From positions 62,368-126,367 of the forward strand of contig CAWHCQ010000035.1 in assembly GCA_963827755.1 (NCBI GenBank): a stretch of DNA of 64,000 nt. Direction: 5' to 3'. Both the position numbers and the translations under genes were made by a program. Position 1 is the stretch's first letter; every line of letters starts with the position of its first letter. The notes beneath the pieces were generated by a model that saw only the letters and a list, made by a program, of their open reading frames with translations, did no database searches and was not told where the DNA came from. The DNA is from an uncultured Gammaproteobacteria bacterium (GTDB lineage Bacteria > Pseudomonadota > Gammaproteobacteria > UBA9214). Shown here one piece after another: positions 61,758-64,000 of the stretch.

Positions 61758-62135
61758 CTACTCATCATCACTGGAATTTTCCTTGTCACTGGCGATCGCC
61801 TCGTTAATCAGTGCCCCGATTCGCGCGCCCTCTTCCAGTGAACGGTCGTGGTAGAAGCGCAAGGCCGGTATCACCCGTATATGCATGAGCTTGCCAAGCT
61901 TGTGGCGCAGGAAACCCGCCGCATGGTTCAGCACTTCGAGGGAGCCCCTGGTCTGCTCCTCATTACCAAGCACCGAGACATGTACTTTTGCATGGCCCAG
62001 GTCGCGCGATACCTGGACTGACGAGATACTGACCATGCCGAGCCTCGGGTCCTTCAGTTCATCATGTATCAATGCCGCCAGTTCACGCTGGATTTGCTCG
62101 CCGACACGACGCGTTCTTGGATACTCTTTCGGCAT
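61758..62135 (-). CDS. rbfA: ribosome-binding factor A
   Basis: RTRRVGEQIQRELA, KDPRLG, SRDLGHAKV, PALRFYHD. Confidence 0.97.
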   Translation of the reverse strand: MPKEYPRTRRVGEQIQRELAALIHDELKDPRLGMVSISSVQVSRDLGHAKVHVSVLGNEEQTRGSLEVLNHAAGFLRHKLGKLMHIRVIPALRFYHDRSLEEGARIGALINEAIASDKENSSDDE

Positions 62136-62231
62136 CAGGGCGCCATCCAGGGACAGGCCTGTTTATTGCAAAACAGTTGCATAGGGGAATAGCTGCCGGT
62201 ATCGCAACAAAAGGGGCTCACCCCTGTTGTG

Positions 62232-64000
62232 CTACAGGGAACGTGCCACCTCGACGCGTTCAAATACCTCGATCTGGTCACCGGCCTGCACGCTGTAGTT
62301 TTTCACGCCAATACCGCATTCGGTGCCGGCCCTGACCTCATTGACGTCATCCTTGAAACGCCGCAGGGATTCGAGTTCGCCTTCGTAGATCACGACATTG
62401 TCGCGCAGCACGCGAATCGGCGAACTGCGGCGCACCACCCCGTCAAGGACAATACAGCCGGCAATATCGCCAAGCTTGCGTGAGACGAAGACTTCCTTGA
62501 CCTCGGCCATGCCGATAATGTCTTCCCGGGTTTCCGGCGCCATCATGCCGCTGGCGGCGGCCTTGACGTCATCAATCGCATTGTAGATGACGCTGTAATA
62601 CCTGAGATCAACATTGTTTTCCTCGACCATCTGCTTCGAGGACGTATCGGCACGCACGTTAAAACCGATAATGATTGCATTCGAAGCGATCGCAAGGCTT
62701 GCATCAGACTCGTTGATGCCGCCGACACCGCTGGAAATAACCTTGACCTTGACGTCCGGTTGTTCGGCGGTCAGGTTGACCAGGGCATTACTCAGTGCTT
62801 CCGCACTGCCCTGCACATCGGCCTTCAGCACGACATTTACCGTTGGCACCCTGCCTTCCGCCGCCGCCGAGAAAACATCCTCGAGGCGTGCCTGTTGCTG
62901 GGATTCCAGCCGCCTGGCGCGCGCCTTTTCCTTGCGCTGTTCAGCCAGTTCGCGGGCCTTGCGTTCATTGGCAACGACGATCACGTCGTCACCGGCGTTC
63001 GGCACTGAAGACAGGCCCAGCACCATGGCAGGCATGGACGGGCCGGCCTCGCTGATTTGCTTGCCATTCTCGTCGAACATGGCGCGCACCCGGCCATACT
63101 CTTCACCGGTCAGCAGCAGGTCGCCTTTCCTGAGAATGCCGTTCTGTACCAGCACGGTGGCCACTGCACCACGACCCTTGTCGAGACTCGACTCGACCAC
63201 GATGCCGGTCGCCGGACAATCGTAGACCGCCGTCAGTTCAAGGACTTCGGCCTGCAACAAGACGGCATCGAGCAGGTCATCCACGCCGTCACCGGTTTTT
63301 GCAGACACCGGCACGAACATCGTATCGCCACCCCAGTCTTCCGGGACGACCTGGAGTGCCGCCAGTTCGGTCTTCACCTTCTCGGCATCAGCACCCGGCT
63401 TGTCCATCTTGTTGACTGCAATCAGCAGGGGAACATCGGCCGCCCTGGCATGCTGGATGGCTTCCTTTGTCTGCGGTTTCACGCCATCGTCAGCGGCGAT
63501 CACGAGGATGACGATATCGGTCACGCCGGCACCGCGCGAGCGCATCGCCGTAAAGGCGGCGTGTCCCGGCGTGTCGAGAAAACTGATCATCCCCTTTGAT
63601 GTTTCCACGTGGTAGGCGCCGATGTGCTGGGTTATACCGCCGGCTTCACTGTCGGCCACCTTGGTACGCCGGATGTAATCCAGCAGAGAGGTCTTGCCAT
63701 GGTCGACATGTCCCATGATCGTGACCACCGGGGGCCGCGGCAATCTGTCGCCGGAAACCTCTGCCACCTGCAGCTTAAGCTCTGCCTCGAGTGCGTTTTC
63801 ATCAACCGCCTTGGCTACGTGGCCCATTTCTTCCACGACCAGCGTTGCAGTATCCTGGTCCAGCACCTGGTTAATCGTGGCCATGACACCCAGCTTCATT
63901 AAAACCTTGATGATTTCTGCCGCCTTGACGGACATCTTCCTGGCCAACTCGGATACCTGGATATTCTCCGCTATCTCGACTTCGTGCACGACTGATGCAG
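62232..64000 (-). CDS. infB: translation initiation factor IF-2 (5' part outside window)
   Basis: [41 protein letters not shown]. Confidence 0.98.
   Translation of the reverse strand, partial: ASVVHEVEIAENIQVSELARKMSVKAAEIIKVLMKLGVMATINQVLDQDTATLVVEEMGHVAKAVDENALEAELKLQVAEVSGDRLPRPPVVTIMGHVDHGKTSLLDYIRRTKVADSEAGGITQHIGAYHVETSKGMISFLDTPGHAAFTAMRSRGAGVTDIVILVIAADDGVKPQTKEAIQHARAADVPLLIAVNKMDKPGADAEKVKTELAALQVVPEDWGGDTMFVPVSAKTGDGVDDLLDAVLLQAEVLELTAVYDCPATGIVVESSLDKGRGAVATVLVQNGILRKGDLLLTGEEYGRVRAMFDENGKQISEAGPSMPAMVLGLSSVPNAGDDVIVVANERKARELAEQRKEKARARRLESQQQARLEDVFSAAAEGRVPTVNVVLKADVQGSAEALSNALVNLTAEQPDVKVKVISSGVGGINESDASLAIASNAIIIGFNVRADTSSKQMVEENNVDLRYYSVIYNAIDDVKAAASGMMAPETREDIIGMAEVKEVFVSRKLGDIAGCIVLDGVVRRSSPIRVLRDNVVIYEGELESLRRFKDDVNEVRAGTECGIGVKNYSVQAGDQIEVFERVEVARSL

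Overview
GC-rich gammaproteobacterial chromosome segment. It carries many single-base indel frameshifts, including in dksA, gluQ, pnp and tamA, which most likely reflect long-read consensus errors. The left part (1-21.4 kb) is mostly housekeeping: a partial FlhG/MinD-like ATPase with a degenerate Walker A, a small lipoprotein, a GGDEF-EAL protein, ligA-zipA-smc, queF, an SePSK/AtXK1-like FGGY kinase, cysZ, a PLP aminotransferase, cbbY, dksA with a Lys/Ala-rich N-tail, gluQ, acs, yheT and an LPS kinase-like gene. The right end is the conserved infB-rbfA-truB-rpsO-pnp block. Between them lies a ~36 kb accessory region devoted almost entirely to ion and osmotic homeostasis. It contains three MscS-type channels (one atypical), two CorA, two CNNM/DUF21 proteins, a rimB-rimK-M14 deacylase (poly-glutamate) module and tamAB. 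It also contains a beta-CASP nuclease plus LOG pair, a P-type ATPase operon with an Mbh-ordered Mrp-like antiporter (inserted USP gene, degenerate third D-type subunit), a YrbG Ca/Na antiporter, a second secreted RimB-like protease and several deletion remnants. Non-coding highlights are several GTAG-type REP clusters and a 111-bp MITE with 18-bp terminal IRs and an 8-bp target duplication that carries a REP doublet. No rRNA, tRNA or CRISPR array was recognised. All family assignments come from motif recognition by eye, not database searches.
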